From: Basidiobolus meristosporus CBS 931.73
Lineage: Eukaryota > Fungi > Basidiobolomycota
Length of the DNA: 64,000 nt
NCBI GenBank assembly: GCA_002104905.1
Contig: MCFE01000466.1
Span: 1-64,000, forward strand
Reading direction: 5' to 3'
The notes beneath the pieces were generated by a model. It was not told where the DNA came from. It made no database searches and saw only the letters and a program-made list of their open reading frames with translations. The translations under genes were made by a program, and so were the position numbers. This document shows positions 14,640-27,892 of this stretch, piece after piece (the stretch's first letter is position 1; each line of letters begins with the position of its first letter).

Positions 14640-15420
14640 AGTGAGCCCAGTTATCCATCTACTAGTGAGTGATGTGATGTTATAGCTAGAAAAGTGTTGC
14701 ATTCCCACTAAATTTAGTAATGTGGACTTTGAGGATATACTGCTACTACTTGCCAAAAGTATCTTGGGATGCAACTTACCATGTATATGGTATAAATGAA
14801 CAACCATCATATGGCTGGCAATATATGACCAAGAGACCATCCTGATACACGCATGTGTTAACAGCTGCATGGTATTCACATCAGAAAATGCTGCCATTAT
14901 AGGGTGCCCAACATGTCAGGAATCCTCCACTGTTGGGGGCAAGCATTGATCACACTATGGATATATCCCAGTAATACCCCATCCAAGGAAGCTCATGCAG
15001 TCCAGCAAATATTGCAAAGCTATAAAGTACTGCACACAGTATCAATCAGGTGCAAGTATATTCAACATATTTGATGACTAACATCACAAACAGCTGGCAA
15101 GCAAGGGCTACTTTGATGATTTGTATCACCATCCCTTTGCGTTGGCACTCAATGGATTCCCACTAAACAAGTACTCTATCCGCTAATCCTGCTGGCCACT
15201 GACTCTCATCAACCTGAATCAGCTGCCTATCTTATGGTATCAGAGCCAATATTTAATGGTTGTCTCATTGGTATTGGGACCTAAATCTCCATCTAGCCTG
15301 AACAGCTACCTGTATCCATTACTGGATGAATTTTGTATGCTTTCCAGTGGGATAACAGTAATGTCCATCATGTCAAGGTGCCAATATTTGTCTGCATTGG
15401 AGATACCTTAGCCATCAGTA
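14640..15420 (+). mobile_element. CACTA/EnSpm transposase remnant (Transposase_21/Tnp2-like)
   Basis: Hand translation gives HACVNSCMVFTSENAAIIGCPTC, then LALNGFPL...SCWPLTLINLN...LGPKSPSSLNSYLYPLLDEF, matching the Tnp2 pattern DGF...WP...NLPP...GP..P...L.PL.DE. Confidence 0.7.
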
Positions 15421-15819
15421 AGATATCCAGCTTCTCTGGATACAATGGATGATATTGCTGGTGAATGTGTAAGATCTAGTGGATTTACAGTATAACTCAC
15501 ACACTGAATTACAATCCAAACACCAACACTAACCAGAATGTTTTACAATCAGCAAGTATTTTACCATCAAATCCTGCTGGCCACCATCACAAGAGCAATA
15601 CAATTGCTTTTCAGCAATAATTGTATGCTGATGAGCAAGTTTTACATGGGGCATTTCAAGCTAAGTGAGCCCTTTGAGATATTAGAGATACTTGAAGGAA
15701 TTGGCAAGATATTACAGAGTATCTGCTGCCCTAAGTACGTCTTACAGACTCCAATCAACATTTGTATGCATATGAAGCAACACAAGTGCAAGGACTGGAA
15801 GAACTGTATATATGTTTAT

Positions 15820-16707
15820 TCTGTTGCAATTTAAGAAGTGATTTGAATATAAGGAACTTATCAAGAAATAGTGAGAATAGTTGAAGAAGCTCAGTATTTA
15901 TACCTTTGTAGAAGTAAAACAGCTGTAACACGGGAATAATCATAGGATCATAGATCTGAAGAAAGTGGCAAAGTTAGAGCTGCAAATTAGTCCCACAGTG
16001 ACCAAGACTAGTCCAAAATTGTTAAGTAAATTTTCAGCTGCAGAATGATACCAAATAGTTCAATATTTCAACAGCATTGTGGCCTGGAACTGTGCAGCCA
16101 TTGCAGAAATCTCAAATTTTGTGTGAATGCTATTTAAGGCCTCTTTTATGTGTAGGAGAACACTCATAAGGACTGAATTAGAATAGACCATGTTTGAACA
16201 CTCATAGGGACTGAATTAGAATAGACCATGTTTGAACACTCATAGGGACTGAATTAGAATAGACCATGTTTGAACACTCATTGATACGCAAATCTGCACT
16301 ATTTCAAATATGGCTGATTCTCCTGAATGTTGATACTACTGAAATATCAAGCTATTTGGCATCATTCAGCAGCTAAATTTACTCAACAGATCTAGGCTAG
16401 TCTTGGTCACTGTAAGACTGAATTGCAGCCCCAACTTTGCCAGTTTCTTCACAAATATGATCCAATGATTACTCCCCTATAGTTAAGATCAAATTAAACA
16501 CTTTTTTGCAAACATTATGTACTAACTCTGAAACTGTGACAGAATGCTCTTGAATGTCAAGAAACCCTCCTTACTTAGTGTTACAGCTGTATTACTTCTA
16601 CAAAGGTATGAATACTGATTCTCTTTATGAATAAACAACAGCTCAACTATTATCACTATATCATGATATGTTCTGTATATCCAAATCACTTCTTAAATTG
16701 CAACAGA
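15820..16707. repeat. Degenerate inverted pair of repeat copies (arms ~15820-16110 and ~16300-16707)
   Basis: CTGTTGCAATTTAAGAAGTGATTTG (15821) has its reverse complement near 16680-16707. GTGACCAAGACTAG (~15999) has its reverse complement near 16396. Confidence 0.6.
16159..16281. repeat. Tandem repeat, 38-bp unit x ~3.2
   Basis: Unit CACTCATAGGGACTGAATTAGAATAGACCATGTTTGAA repeated head-to-tail with one mismatch and no spacers. Confidence 0.9.
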
Positions 16708-18251
16708 CACTAGAATGCATAGTCAAGGGAAGTTCTTGAGCATTGATTCAAGCTAAATCATGGCATGTAGGCCTGTGAAGTGAGGACCTACTTACTGGTA
16801 GGCTCCAATTCAATCTGCATTATTGGCAGACTTGAGCTTGACTTCTGTTGGCTTTGGATGTCTTTATTTGTAAAGTACCTAGACTTGATCAAGTACTTTG
16901 CTTTGATGTTTCGGATTTTGTATTTCTTGTACACATTGTACAGCAGAAATGTGTGTGTTTTGCACCTTTGGTCCAGATTCTGACTGACTGGTGAGTTACC
17001 TCTAGGCATCAGCTGTGCATTCAAGCATTTTCAAGTGCTCTGTATATGAGCTTTATCCACACCAAGCAGCAAACAGAGTCTAACCACAAAATACCCTGCT
17101 ATAGCCCCTATAGTGGCACTGTACAGCTACAGAAACTTGATTGGCGCAAAAATAGTATCATGATTTGTGAACATATATTTTTCTTACCACATGAAGGCTG
17201 GATGTATTTCCACAACCTTACACTCCCTTTTCCGGTTGAGAGAATGGTACAGTAGTGTGTTGCTCTATCCCTTTGTTTATGAGGCAATGGATGAAGAGTT
17301 AGGAGATATATTCTCCAGCTCTTTCAGTGTATAATATATTGATTTCTCAGCAGCTTCTATCCCAGTCAAAACTTTTAACTCCCAAAGCTTGTGTTACAAG
17401 TGTTGGTATAAGAATTGAAGAGGAAATAATTTAGCTTCAAAGACCCCAGGTGCAGCTTGGCTACTGGTTTAGGGATGCTGCTGAAGTGCAAATGCATTGC
17501 ACCCAATGAAAAGCTTTTACTCTTACAGATTCCCTCTATTGAATCTTCTCCAGTGGTTTGTCAGCTTGGTGGCATTTGCCTGCTGACTTCTGTATATTTT
17601 CTTGGTTTGGATGATGATATACTTTGTGTTTGGATTTGGAATATGATAACTCGTGTAAGCCACAGAGAAGATACCTTTGATTGCGTACATTCACAGCAAT
17701 GTTGTTCATTTTGCCCCAAAATACTAGTTGTCCTGCTTACGGCCAGGGTTTTTCTAAACAGTTATTAATATATTCTTTGACATGATTGCCAAATATTAGT
17801 ATCCTGCCAGTTAGCATACAAAATTCATGTAGCAATGAATAAAGGTTGGTATGTAAGTCAGATAGTTATTCAGGCACTGATATCAATGAGACTATTATCA
17901 ACTTGTGCTCTGGTGCTGTAACATGGAATGCAGATTTAGGTTGATGAGGATCAGTGGCCTGCCAGATTTACTGGTTGAGTATTTGTTCCATGAGAGTCCA
18001 GCCAATACCAGGGTAAAAGCTTGGTTGTATGTCCTTTCAAGGTAGCCCTTGTTTGTGAGTTGCTTTTGATATCAGCCATTAAATATATAGAAAATTTCTC
18101 AGCTTCACAATAATTGTGGACTGCACAAGCTTCTTTAGATGGGCTACTAATGGAATATATCCGGAGTGTGAAGTCAACATCAAAAGAAAATATTTCTATA
18201 ACAAAAAAGCTGCCATTGAACATAAATCTTTCTTTAACCAAGGAGCCAACT

Positions 18252-20539
18252 TGGTCTGTATCCATGCCATGCTTCAAATTGGAGTAGAACAACAAATCAT
18301 TCTGTTATAATTCTGGCTTTTAAGGTATACAGCAGTGGCAACTGATTCCGCCCAAAAATCATAGGATAATTTTTGATCATGGATCATAGATCTTGCCATA
18401 TCAATTATTGAACTGTTAGCTTGTTCTGCTACTCCATTTTGCTGTGGGGAGTATGGTACAGTAGTCTCTTGCTTTATCCCATGAATTTTGCAGAAGTGGA
18501 TGAAGAGTTTTGAGGTATATTCTCCGCCATTGTCAGAGCGTATTTTCTTGATTTTTTCACCAGTTTCTCTCTCCACCATGGCTTTAAACTCCCTGAACTT
18601 AGACAGAGCTTCTTCCTTTCTCTCCATGAAGTAGACCCATGTGTATGTTGTATAATCATCAATAAAAGTGATTAAATACTTCATCCTGCCTAAGGATAAA
18701 TTTTGCATAGGTCCACACAGATCTGAGTGAATTAGATCTAATTTTTTCTTAGTTTTGATTAACCCAGAGCTCTTGAATAGTTGTCTGGCTTGTTTCCCAT
18801 ATATGCAGGCTTCACAGTGCTCCAAATTAGCTGGGGGATCAATTTTTACTCCAGAAATTAGCTGATCTTTGATCATTTTATGCAACTAATCAAAATTGAT
18901 GTGTCCAAATCTCCTGTGCCAAAGCATTGGTGTTTCTTCATTTAAGTTACTTATATTGGCTTCCAAATATGTTGGAATATAAGTCAACTTGTATAGACTC
19001 TGATCTCTGATGCCCACAGCAATATGGTCACCATTTTGATCAGTGATCCTGCATTCAGAATTGTCAAAACTGAAACTGAGTCCTTCTGTTGTGGCCTTGC
19101 TTACAGAGTGTAGGTTCTTGGCTATTTCTGGTACATAGAGTACTTCTTTAAAGGTCAGTGTATGGCTTCCTTCACTGCTTCTAAGGTTGACTTAAAAAGT
19201 TCCTTCTCCCACTGCATCAAGTGTTCTATTGTCACCCATAAAAACCTTCTTAATTGGAATTTCTTGATATTGGGTAAAAAGTTCTTTTTGGTGTGTAAAG
19301 TGTTGAGATGCTCCAGAGTCAATATACCACGTCTGAGAATCCTTGTTTGTGGTCATATTTAGTGCAGATATGAATAGTCTATCTTCAGTTGTTGCAGCAC
19401 TTCCATATTCAGGCTTCTTTTGCTGATAATCGCTCTTCTTGAGACACCGGTCTGATGTGTGTCCTTTCCTTTTGCAGTAGTTGCAAAATAGGTTGCTGAT
19501 GCCTTTGTAGGGTCTTGGGTACCTCCTTTGTTGGCTATCACTGCTTATTAAAGCATTTTCTTCTTCCTTCTTATTGATGCTTGATTTCCTTAATTCTTCA
19601 TCCAGGAGCCTTCCATATACGTAATTTAAGGTCAACTCTTCAGTTCTGGACTCTAGGGCTGATACAAGGCCCTAAAACTTGTCTGTCAGGCTATTCAGGA
19701 TGGTTACTATCACATCCTCATCAGTAGTTGGTACGCCCACATATTCCATCTCATCTACCAGCAGGGTAATTCTGATATTAGATTTTTCATTACTTCTCCT
19801 GGCAGCATCTTTGTTGTAAAGAATTTTTGTCTCAGATGCATTTTCTTGGCAGCTGAACATGACTGGTGGGTGTCTTCTAATGCTTTTGAGGCATTCTTTG
19901 CCGTCTTTGCTCTTGAGCATTGAACTAGCAATTTGTCCTTGACATTAAGGCAAATGCAGTTAAAGGGACTTTGTTCTTTCTTCTGGTACTTTAAGGCTTC
20001 CTCTCTCACATTTTTAGGAGGGCATTCTTCTCCCATGACAATATCCCAAAGGCCTCTTTCTTGTAGTAGCATCTTCATCTTCACCTTCCTCACTTGGTAG
20101 TTGGATCCATCCAACTTTTCAGCAGAGGGAAAGATTCCAGTAATAGCAGTAGTAGACATTGCAGCGAGTGACAGCTTGGGGCTCATAACCTGTTGTAAGA
20201 GTCTTGGAGATATTGGAAGTGATTTGGAGAACAAGTAGATTTTGTGGTTTTCACTTAATGATTTATTGAATGTAAAAGTAGTATTTACACTTTTACCTGG
20301 TCTTGGCATTACAAACATGTAGAATAGGTTAAGGAAGGTCCCAAGAACATTTGTGCAAAGTTTGGGGCTGTTTGGACAACTTTGAGAATTTTCATTTTCT
20401 GGGTACCTGGTTTTTTGGTGAAAATATTCTAAGTAAATCCCAACTAGGATTTTGGTCAGTATTCTCCAGGATTTAAGGGTAATCATCTAAGTGACTAAGT
20501 TAGGTGAATATTTAGGTGGAATTACAAATTTTTACAACA
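18252..20539 (-). mobile_element. Ty1/Copia family A, 5' half (best-preserved copy in the window)
   Basis: 5' LTR 20191-20539; PBS GGTTATGAGCCC 20179-20190; gag MSTTAITGIFPSAEKLDGSNYQ; knuckle CNYCKRKGHTSDRC; protease WYIDSGASQH; open integrase core HSDLCGPM...RSDNGGEY...PQQNGVAE (18274-18885). Confidence 0.9.
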
Positions 20540-20544
20540 AGAAG

Positions 20545-23340
20545 TATGTTACCACCAATATCAGTAATGGGAGCTTTGAGGATTTACTGCTACTTCTGGA
20601 CAAAAGCATTCTGCAACATAACTTACCATGTGCATGGTACCAATGGACAACTGGGATGCAGCTGGCTAAATATGACCTAGAGACTGTCCTGATGCTAGTA
20701 TGTGCCAACAGTTGCATGGTATTCATATCAGAAGTTGCCACCATTGCAATGTGTCCAACTTATCATGAACCACCACTATCAGTGGAAAACAATATTCACA
20801 CTCTGAATATACACCAGCCATCAGCAAGATAGCTGGCTTATCTGGGCACAATGGATGATATTGCTGTGAATATGTGAGATCCAAGGAATTTACACCCTGT
20901 GATAGATAACTTGGTCTTGCAGGTGGATCTTACCCAGATCAGCCAGCAGGATCCTGTCAGGAGACCAATATATTTCTGGCTGCTCTGAATTAATGATCCT
21001 TAATATGATCATATGATAGAATCACAACAGCATTTGGCTAATTTACCACCAAATAAAGTTAAAAAGATACCGGTTTTTTAGCAGTGGTTTGCCAAGGGTT
21101 GCATGGGAATCTTGTGGTCTGGAGGTGCTCTATAACTATTGGAGTGAATCTAACTGGCCAGTACATCCAATTGTCTTATATGGCAAAGAACTTGGTGGTG
21201 TTTTAACAGTCTCATTGCAAGCCTTGGATGGCAGTATTACAGCAGTATAGCAGTCTACATCCAGTACTATTTAATGCTACTTTACCAATTTACCAAATGG
21301 TATTGCCTTTTTCTACATCCCCTGCGCAATTCATGTTTTCCACTGTAGAAGCACCCCATTTTATTTGGTTGCTCACTACTACCTTGGGTATTCCATATAT
21401 AGTTTGAATCAAAAAATATCAGGGCCCCCTTCTTACTAACCTTGCTAGATGCAAACACCTGTCACAGTTGACATATTTCTATCACCTCAGCTTTATGGCT
21501 TTTTAGTGTGATACTTTCAAAGTTGCCATCTACTGTATTGCTGGTAACATATACATCTAGCAAACATATGTGTGGGTGCCACCACTTCTGCCCTGAATAC
21601 CTCCTGAATATCTGCAAAGTACTTTCTGGTATTTGGCCAGTATATTCTTTCTGCCTGCTGAATTCTGGTCCCCCTTACTGGTGTGCTCTGGCTCTTGTTT
21701 GTGTGAGTCCTTACAGAATGGTGTAGAAATTGGCTTGTGACCAAGAGAAACCTGGCATACATTGTTTGAGTTTTCCTGATTAAGTTAGCTGCTTGTTGCA
21801 CCCTACCCCATTTTGCATTACTTGACTCATTACCCATGTATGGGGGCTACTAAGCTTCTGAATGCCATAGGCATGGGTGTCTCAATGTGTACCTCTATCC
21901 TTAGTATTTTCCAACTCCTCCTGCCTGCCTTCCATGTGCCAAATTACCATGTCTGTGATGGACTTGAAGTTAATATTCTTGATGAGATTGAAATTTGATA
22001 GTACCTGCAACTTGACTCTTCTTCCTATTGCCCCACCTATCTGCTCCATAGGAAACTCCAAAATGATGATGCATGGACCAATTTTCTCCACACACTAAGC
22101 AAGATGGAATGAGAATGGATACAGTAGCAGCAGAGATCTACAAATTCAGCTTTATGTTGGTAGTACAGCTGCTCAAATCCCTTTGCAAACTCCTTGCACA
22201 ACAGCTGTAGATGTGTCAAGTTGGCATTGGTGATCTGCTTGTGGATAAATATTTCTACAATGTCCACATATGACTTCCATTTCTTCCAATGTACTCTTGG
22301 TAGGAATGGCTTCAGAACACCACTTGAATAACACATATCCAGTTCATCCAGTCTTTTCACTTGTATTGTTGTATATGCATATAAATATTGATTGGAGCCC
22401 ACAAAAAGGAGTATATCCCCCAGATCTCACACTTTCAACTGTAATTCTGTTTGTTGTACCCAGAAGAGCTGGCTATCTGGCTAATGGCTGAGGTACCTTC
22501 AATATAGATAACAATATGCGCTTTGGCATGATGGCCATTTAGTGTCATCCTGCTGGAATGCACACAAAATTCATCCAGCAATGGATATAGGCAGCTATCC
22601 AGGTTGGACAATAATTAAGGCCCAGATACCAGTGAGACTACCATCTGGTTTTGGCTCTGATATCATAAATAGGTGGCATATTCAGGTTGATGAGAATCAG
22701 TGGCCAGCAGGATTTGCTGGTAGAGTACCTGTTTGATGAGAATTCATCAAGTGCCAAGGCAAAGGCATGGCCATACATACTATCAAAGTAGCCCTTGTTT
22801 CTTAGCTGCTGTAGTATTTGCCATCACATATATTGGATATGTTTGTGCACAATTGTTACTAAGTGGGCTACTCTGTAGCTTTGCAATGTTTGTCATACTG
22901 TGTACTTCTTTAAATGGGGTATTACTGGAATATATCCAGAGTGTGAACAATGTTTTCTGACAATGGTGGTGGATTCCTGATATGTTGGAAACCTTGCAAA
23001 GGTACCAGTTTCTGATGTGAATGCCATGCTAATGCTAACACATGCTGGTATCAGGACAGTCTCTGGGCTGTATATTGCCAGCCACTTGACAGTTGTTCAT
23101 TTATACCATGTACATGGTAAGTTGCATCCTGAGATGATTATGGCTAGAAGATGTAGTAAATGCACAAGGCCTTCATTACTGATATTTTTATAATTACACC
23201 ACTTCTCTGGCCACAACATTATATCACTCACCAGTTGATGGATTACTGGGCTCACTTAACTCCATAAAGTAACCTTGGCATTTTTTCTCACAGGTGTTGT
23301 ATCATTGGCTATTGGGGTTTTGTTGGGCTAATGCAGAGTA
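20545..23340. mobile_element. Mosaic of CACTA/EnSpm transposase remnants
   Basis: Minus-strand HWKKWKSYVDIVEIF...FEQLYY...HGPI / FPMEQIGGAIGRRVK at 21882-22402 is the CACTA DUF4218-like region. Plus-strand CANSCMVFISEVATIAMCPT lies at ~20700. Confidence 0.65.
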
Positions 23341-23377
23341 CTGTTGTTAGGATAGATAGGCTCATAATACATACAAA

Positions 23378-23905
23378 TGTTATGAATAGACACAAGGTAG
23401 TAGAGTAGAGCTAGGCAAGGCAGGATCAGGAAAGGACTTAGGTGTGGATCATCAAGGCAAGGCAGATTTCCAAGGCAAGGCTGTTTATTCAAGACCTGTG
23501 TTTATCAGACTGAGGAATACTTAAGGGGGAATAGGACTATATATACTTTTTGGTTATACTGATGCCAAGAGATATTGGCTAATACTAATGGGGTTGTGGG
23601 GTGAGGCACAGCAATGTGCTGGGGATAATGATACTGAAGGCAAGGCACTGAGACAGGATGGGGAAATGGATTGGGTCACCTGATCAAGTGACTAAGTCAT
23701 GTGGCCTGGTATATCCATATATGGTACTTGACTATGAAAAATACAATGGGAAGCTTCCATGGAATGTTCCATTGTGTAACAATGGTTTAGAATGGTCAGG
23801 AACTTTCTGGAAGGTGGTAGAGGGTTCCAGAAGGAATCTCTTAGAAATTGAGCTAGGAAGCTGAAACTTGGCATGGGTGTTCATGGTTGTCATGTGATCA
23901 TGACA
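23378..23905. mobile_element. Solo LTR, family C
   Basis: TGTTATGA...TCATGACA with perfect 5-bp TSD ACAAA (23373-23377, 23906-23910). Confidence 0.82.
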
Positions 23906-26639
23906 ACAAATATGTAGGATTCAATGATGCACTGCCAATGCAAGCATTGTAAATAAAGTTGTTGCACCATATACACACATATGTAACACCATTTCCCCTT
24001 TGGTTTGACTCACTTCCATATATATGCCACCAAAAAATAATGCAAAGTTGTCTGGTTGCCAACCAAACCCCACAACTGACAGCAGCAGATGAACTATTGG
24101 ACAACAGCTTGCTTTGGCATTCAGTGCAACAAGCAGGGCCACAACCAAAAAAGACCATGTTCATAGTGTGCCCACTGAAAGTAATAGTATGGACTCCTTA
24201 AGCTCTTAATCAAGTAGGCAATTAAGACCCTCTGCAGAGTCACAAACTGACCATAATGCTCAAGCAGATGAGGATGTAGCAAAAGCAGTACCTTCAGCTG
24301 AAATCCAGTAAGTGACCATCATAATATCACTACCACCTGTATTAGCAGGTATATTGTTAGCTCATACTAAAGCCTTAATTAGGAAATTAGGTGCAGTGGC
24401 TGATAGTTTAGATGCAATGGTCCAGAGAAGTCAGGAAATAGTCCAGAAACAGGACAAGCAGATAATATGTGTAGAAAATCAATGTTCCCAGTAGAAAAAG
24501 CAATTTTTCTGCTGGAAAGTAGGAACTCAAGCTGCTAAATGTCACAGCCAATAACTGAGCCATTTCCCAGTGTAACAGCAGAAGAATACTGTACTGTCCT
24601 TGTCAGCACAACAACAGTGACCAAAGAAAAAGCTCACAGAAAAACCTATCACTGCATTGGGGGGAGAATCTGCAGTGTTTGTACCAAAGCCTCAAAATCA
24701 AAAGTCTTTGAAGATTTGTGAAGCTGGTGAGTTCAATCAGTACTACATCAATAACAATACTGCAAAGCTCACAAGAATCCAATCTAAGTTCTAAAAGAAA
24801 ACTACCACTTTTCTGTTGGAAAAGTCCCTCTAAGATACCTCTCTACTCTAAAGAAGCCTCTCAAGGCACCCCTTTAGTGTAAAGTCCACTTTAGAGACCA
24901 CTACAAGAAGCCCCTTTACTCTATAGACACCCTGTTAGGTCTAAAGACCCCTTTAGAGACTTCTACAACACTCCCCTTTAGGTTGAAGGGGAGTTTGGAA
25001 TTTCCATATTAAGAACTATTATTTCAGAAAGGAAAGTGACTTCCAAATAAGCAAAGGTTACTATAAAAGTAAATAAGCTCAATAGTTGACAGAAGGTCAG
25101 AACACTGCTGTAGAAGTGAGAATCACTGCCTATAGTATATTTTGAGGCTAAGATTGAGAATTTCAGTGAAAGTTATATCTTCTATAGGGATATCAATCTC
25201 CCAATAAACTGTTTCAGTATTAGCATACTGGAAGTTGTTGTATACTGTTGATTAGCCTCTACATTATAGAACAAGCCCCAAACTAATCATAATACAACAC
25301 AATACATAAAGCTGTGGGGTTCCTGCCAATGTCTTAGAAACAGAGCATTACAGCAGAAACACTTATTGAGATGTGGATTTTAATGGAGTTACTTGTTGAG
25401 TGTGGGGTTGGGCTTAATGTTGGTGTAGGGTATAGGGACTTGTATAGGTCTATAAGATTGTCAATTGAGGTACAACTGAAGTTTCAACACAAATTAATCA
25501 ATTTGTATGGATGAAAAGTAAGAGAAAGGGCCAAGTCAGGAAGTAAGGAGTGTGGAAAAGAGGCAATAGCCAATCAATGGACACAGACATAGGAGGTGCT
25601 AGAGTGTCCAGGACTGGAAAGTGAAAAAGTTGGCAGGGAACCAATCAGAACCCATTTATTTATTGTTATGATGAAGAATTTTGATTAAGTTTTTTGTGAA
25701 ATCTGGGGTGCAATTATTTTTGACAGTCTTTGCATGGTGTGCTGATGGGAACAATACCTCTTAGTCACAGGACTTAGAGTTTATGAAGGCCTTTTAATGG
25801 GATCATCAGAATTATTTCTCCTAGGGTACATCATAACTGACACACACACTATTATTATCTAACACCAACACTAAGATTATCATCTTTTCACAGAGATTGT
25901 ACAGAAGCCAGCATACAATTGTAGTAAAGTTGGTAGGCCACAAGTCATTGGCCAGAGTATGGAATATTATACTGATGACCAAGTTGTACATAGGACATAT
26001 AAAGCAAAATGAGCCCTTTGAGATACTGGAGCACTTTGAAATAATTGGCAAGATATTTCAGAGTATATACTGCCCCAAAGCACTTCCCATGAGCCCCAAT
26101 CATTATCCACATGCAATTGCAACAATACTATTGCAAGAACTGGATGGACTAGATGTGTAATTATCCAAGTGGCCTTCAGAGGATGTTTCTATGTCAAACT
26201 CATTAGAAGTATTGGGAGGCATTTATTGGTATTGTGGGAAAATTTATTCAGAAGCAGATTAGCAATGCCAATTTGAAGCATCTAATGCACTTATGAAAGG
26301 AGTTTGTAACAGGATTTAAGCAGCTATACTAAAATTACAAAGCTGAACATTCAGATCTCTGCTGCTACTGCATTTATTATCTAATCCATCTTACTTTGTA
26401 TGTGGACAATATTAGGCCTTGCTTCACCATTTAGCAGTCTCCTATGGAGTGAATGTGAATGGATATAGTGAGACAAGACAAGTTGCAGGTATCACCATAT
26501 CCCTATCTCATCAAGAATATAACCTTTATGACTGCTATGGATGTCAGGAGTTGGCAGATGGAGGACAGCCAGCACATGTGTGTATGTATGTAGTGGCTAG
26601 AAAGCAAGAGGCTATAGTTTTTTTTTGACTCAAACTCTA

Positions 26640-27892
26640 TGTGGACTACCCATGGTAATGGTGGGTAAGCAAAAAACAAAGGTTGACCCTACAGTGGAAC
26701 TTATGAATGGCACTTTTGGCACTTGATTTTCTTAATTCTTCATCCAGGAGCCTTCCATATATGTAATTTAAGGTCAAATCTTTGGTTCTGGACTCTAGGG
26801 CTGATACAAGGCCCTGAAACTTGTCTGTCAGGCTATTCAGGATGGTTACTATCACATCCTCATCAGTAGTTGGTATGCCCACATATTCCATCTCATCTAC
26901 CAGCAGGGTAATTCTGCTATTAGATTTTTCATTTCTTCTCCTGGCAGCATCTTTGCAGTAAAGAACTTTGGTCTCAGATACATTTTCTTAGCAGCTGAAC
27001 ATGACTGGTAGGTGCCTTCTAATGCCTTCCAGGCATTCTTTGCTGTTTTTGCTCTTGAGCATTGAATTATCAATTTGTCTTTGACATCAAGGAAGATGCA
27101 GTTAAAGGCCTTTGTTCTTCCTTCTAGTACTTTAAGGCTTCCTCTCCCACATTTTTAGGAGGGCATTCTTCTCCCATGACAATATCCCAAAGGTCTCTTT
27201 CTTGTAGCAGCATCTTCATCTTCAACTTCCACACTTGGTAGTTAGAGCCATCCAACTTTTCAGCAGAGGGAAAGATTCAAGTAATAGCAGTAGTAGACAT
27301 TAAACTTGTTCCATTGTGCCATTGATCATAGTGCCAGAGAGTGCTGTATATTTTGTTATTAATTTGATATTTTAGGGTCATATGCATGTCAATTTTGATC
27401 TCAAATTGGCACTGTATGGCACCATCTGGCACTCTGAGGCATGATCAGGCACCATCTGGCATGCTATGGCACTATTGGGCACTATGATCAGCTGGAATGA
27501 TGGAACAAGTCTATTGCAGAGAGTAACAGCTTGGGGCTCATAGCCTGTTGTAAAAGTCTTGTGGATATTGGAAGTGATTGGGAGGGCAAGTAGATTATGT
27601 GGTTTTCACTTAATGATTTATTGAATGTAAAGTAGTATTTATACCTTACATGGCCTTGGCATAACAAACATGTAGAGTAGGTCAAGGAAGGTCCCTAGAA
27701 CATATGTGCAAAGTTTGGGGCTGCTTAGACAACTTTGAGAATTTTCATGTTCTGGGTACCTGGTATTTTGGTGAAAATATTCTAAGTAAATCCCAACAAG
27801 GAATTTAGTCAGTACTCTCTAGGATTTGAAGGTAATGATCTAAGTGACTAAGTAAGGTGAATATTTAGGTGGGATTACAAATTTTTACAACA
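26640..27892 (-). mobile_element. Copia family A, truncated (5' LTR 27546-27892, PBS, gag)
   Basis: LTR ends and PBS-like GGCTATGAGCCC. Gag peptide MEYVGIPTTDEDVIVTILNSLTDKFQGLVSALESR is near-identical to 19672-19920. Confidence 0.8.
27302..27512. mobile_element. 211-bp MITE inserted just inside Copia gag
   Basis: 13-bp TIRs AAACTTGTTCCAT / ATGGAACAAGTCT (12/13 match), 3-bp TSD ATT, and a subterminal inverted 13-mer TGATCATAGTGCC. Removing it restores AGACATTGCAG as seen at 20155-20165. Confidence 0.8.

Noticed and set aside
16159-16281. CRISPR array
   Set aside because: Repeats are contiguous with no unique spacers, there are no cas genes, and the context is eukaryotic.
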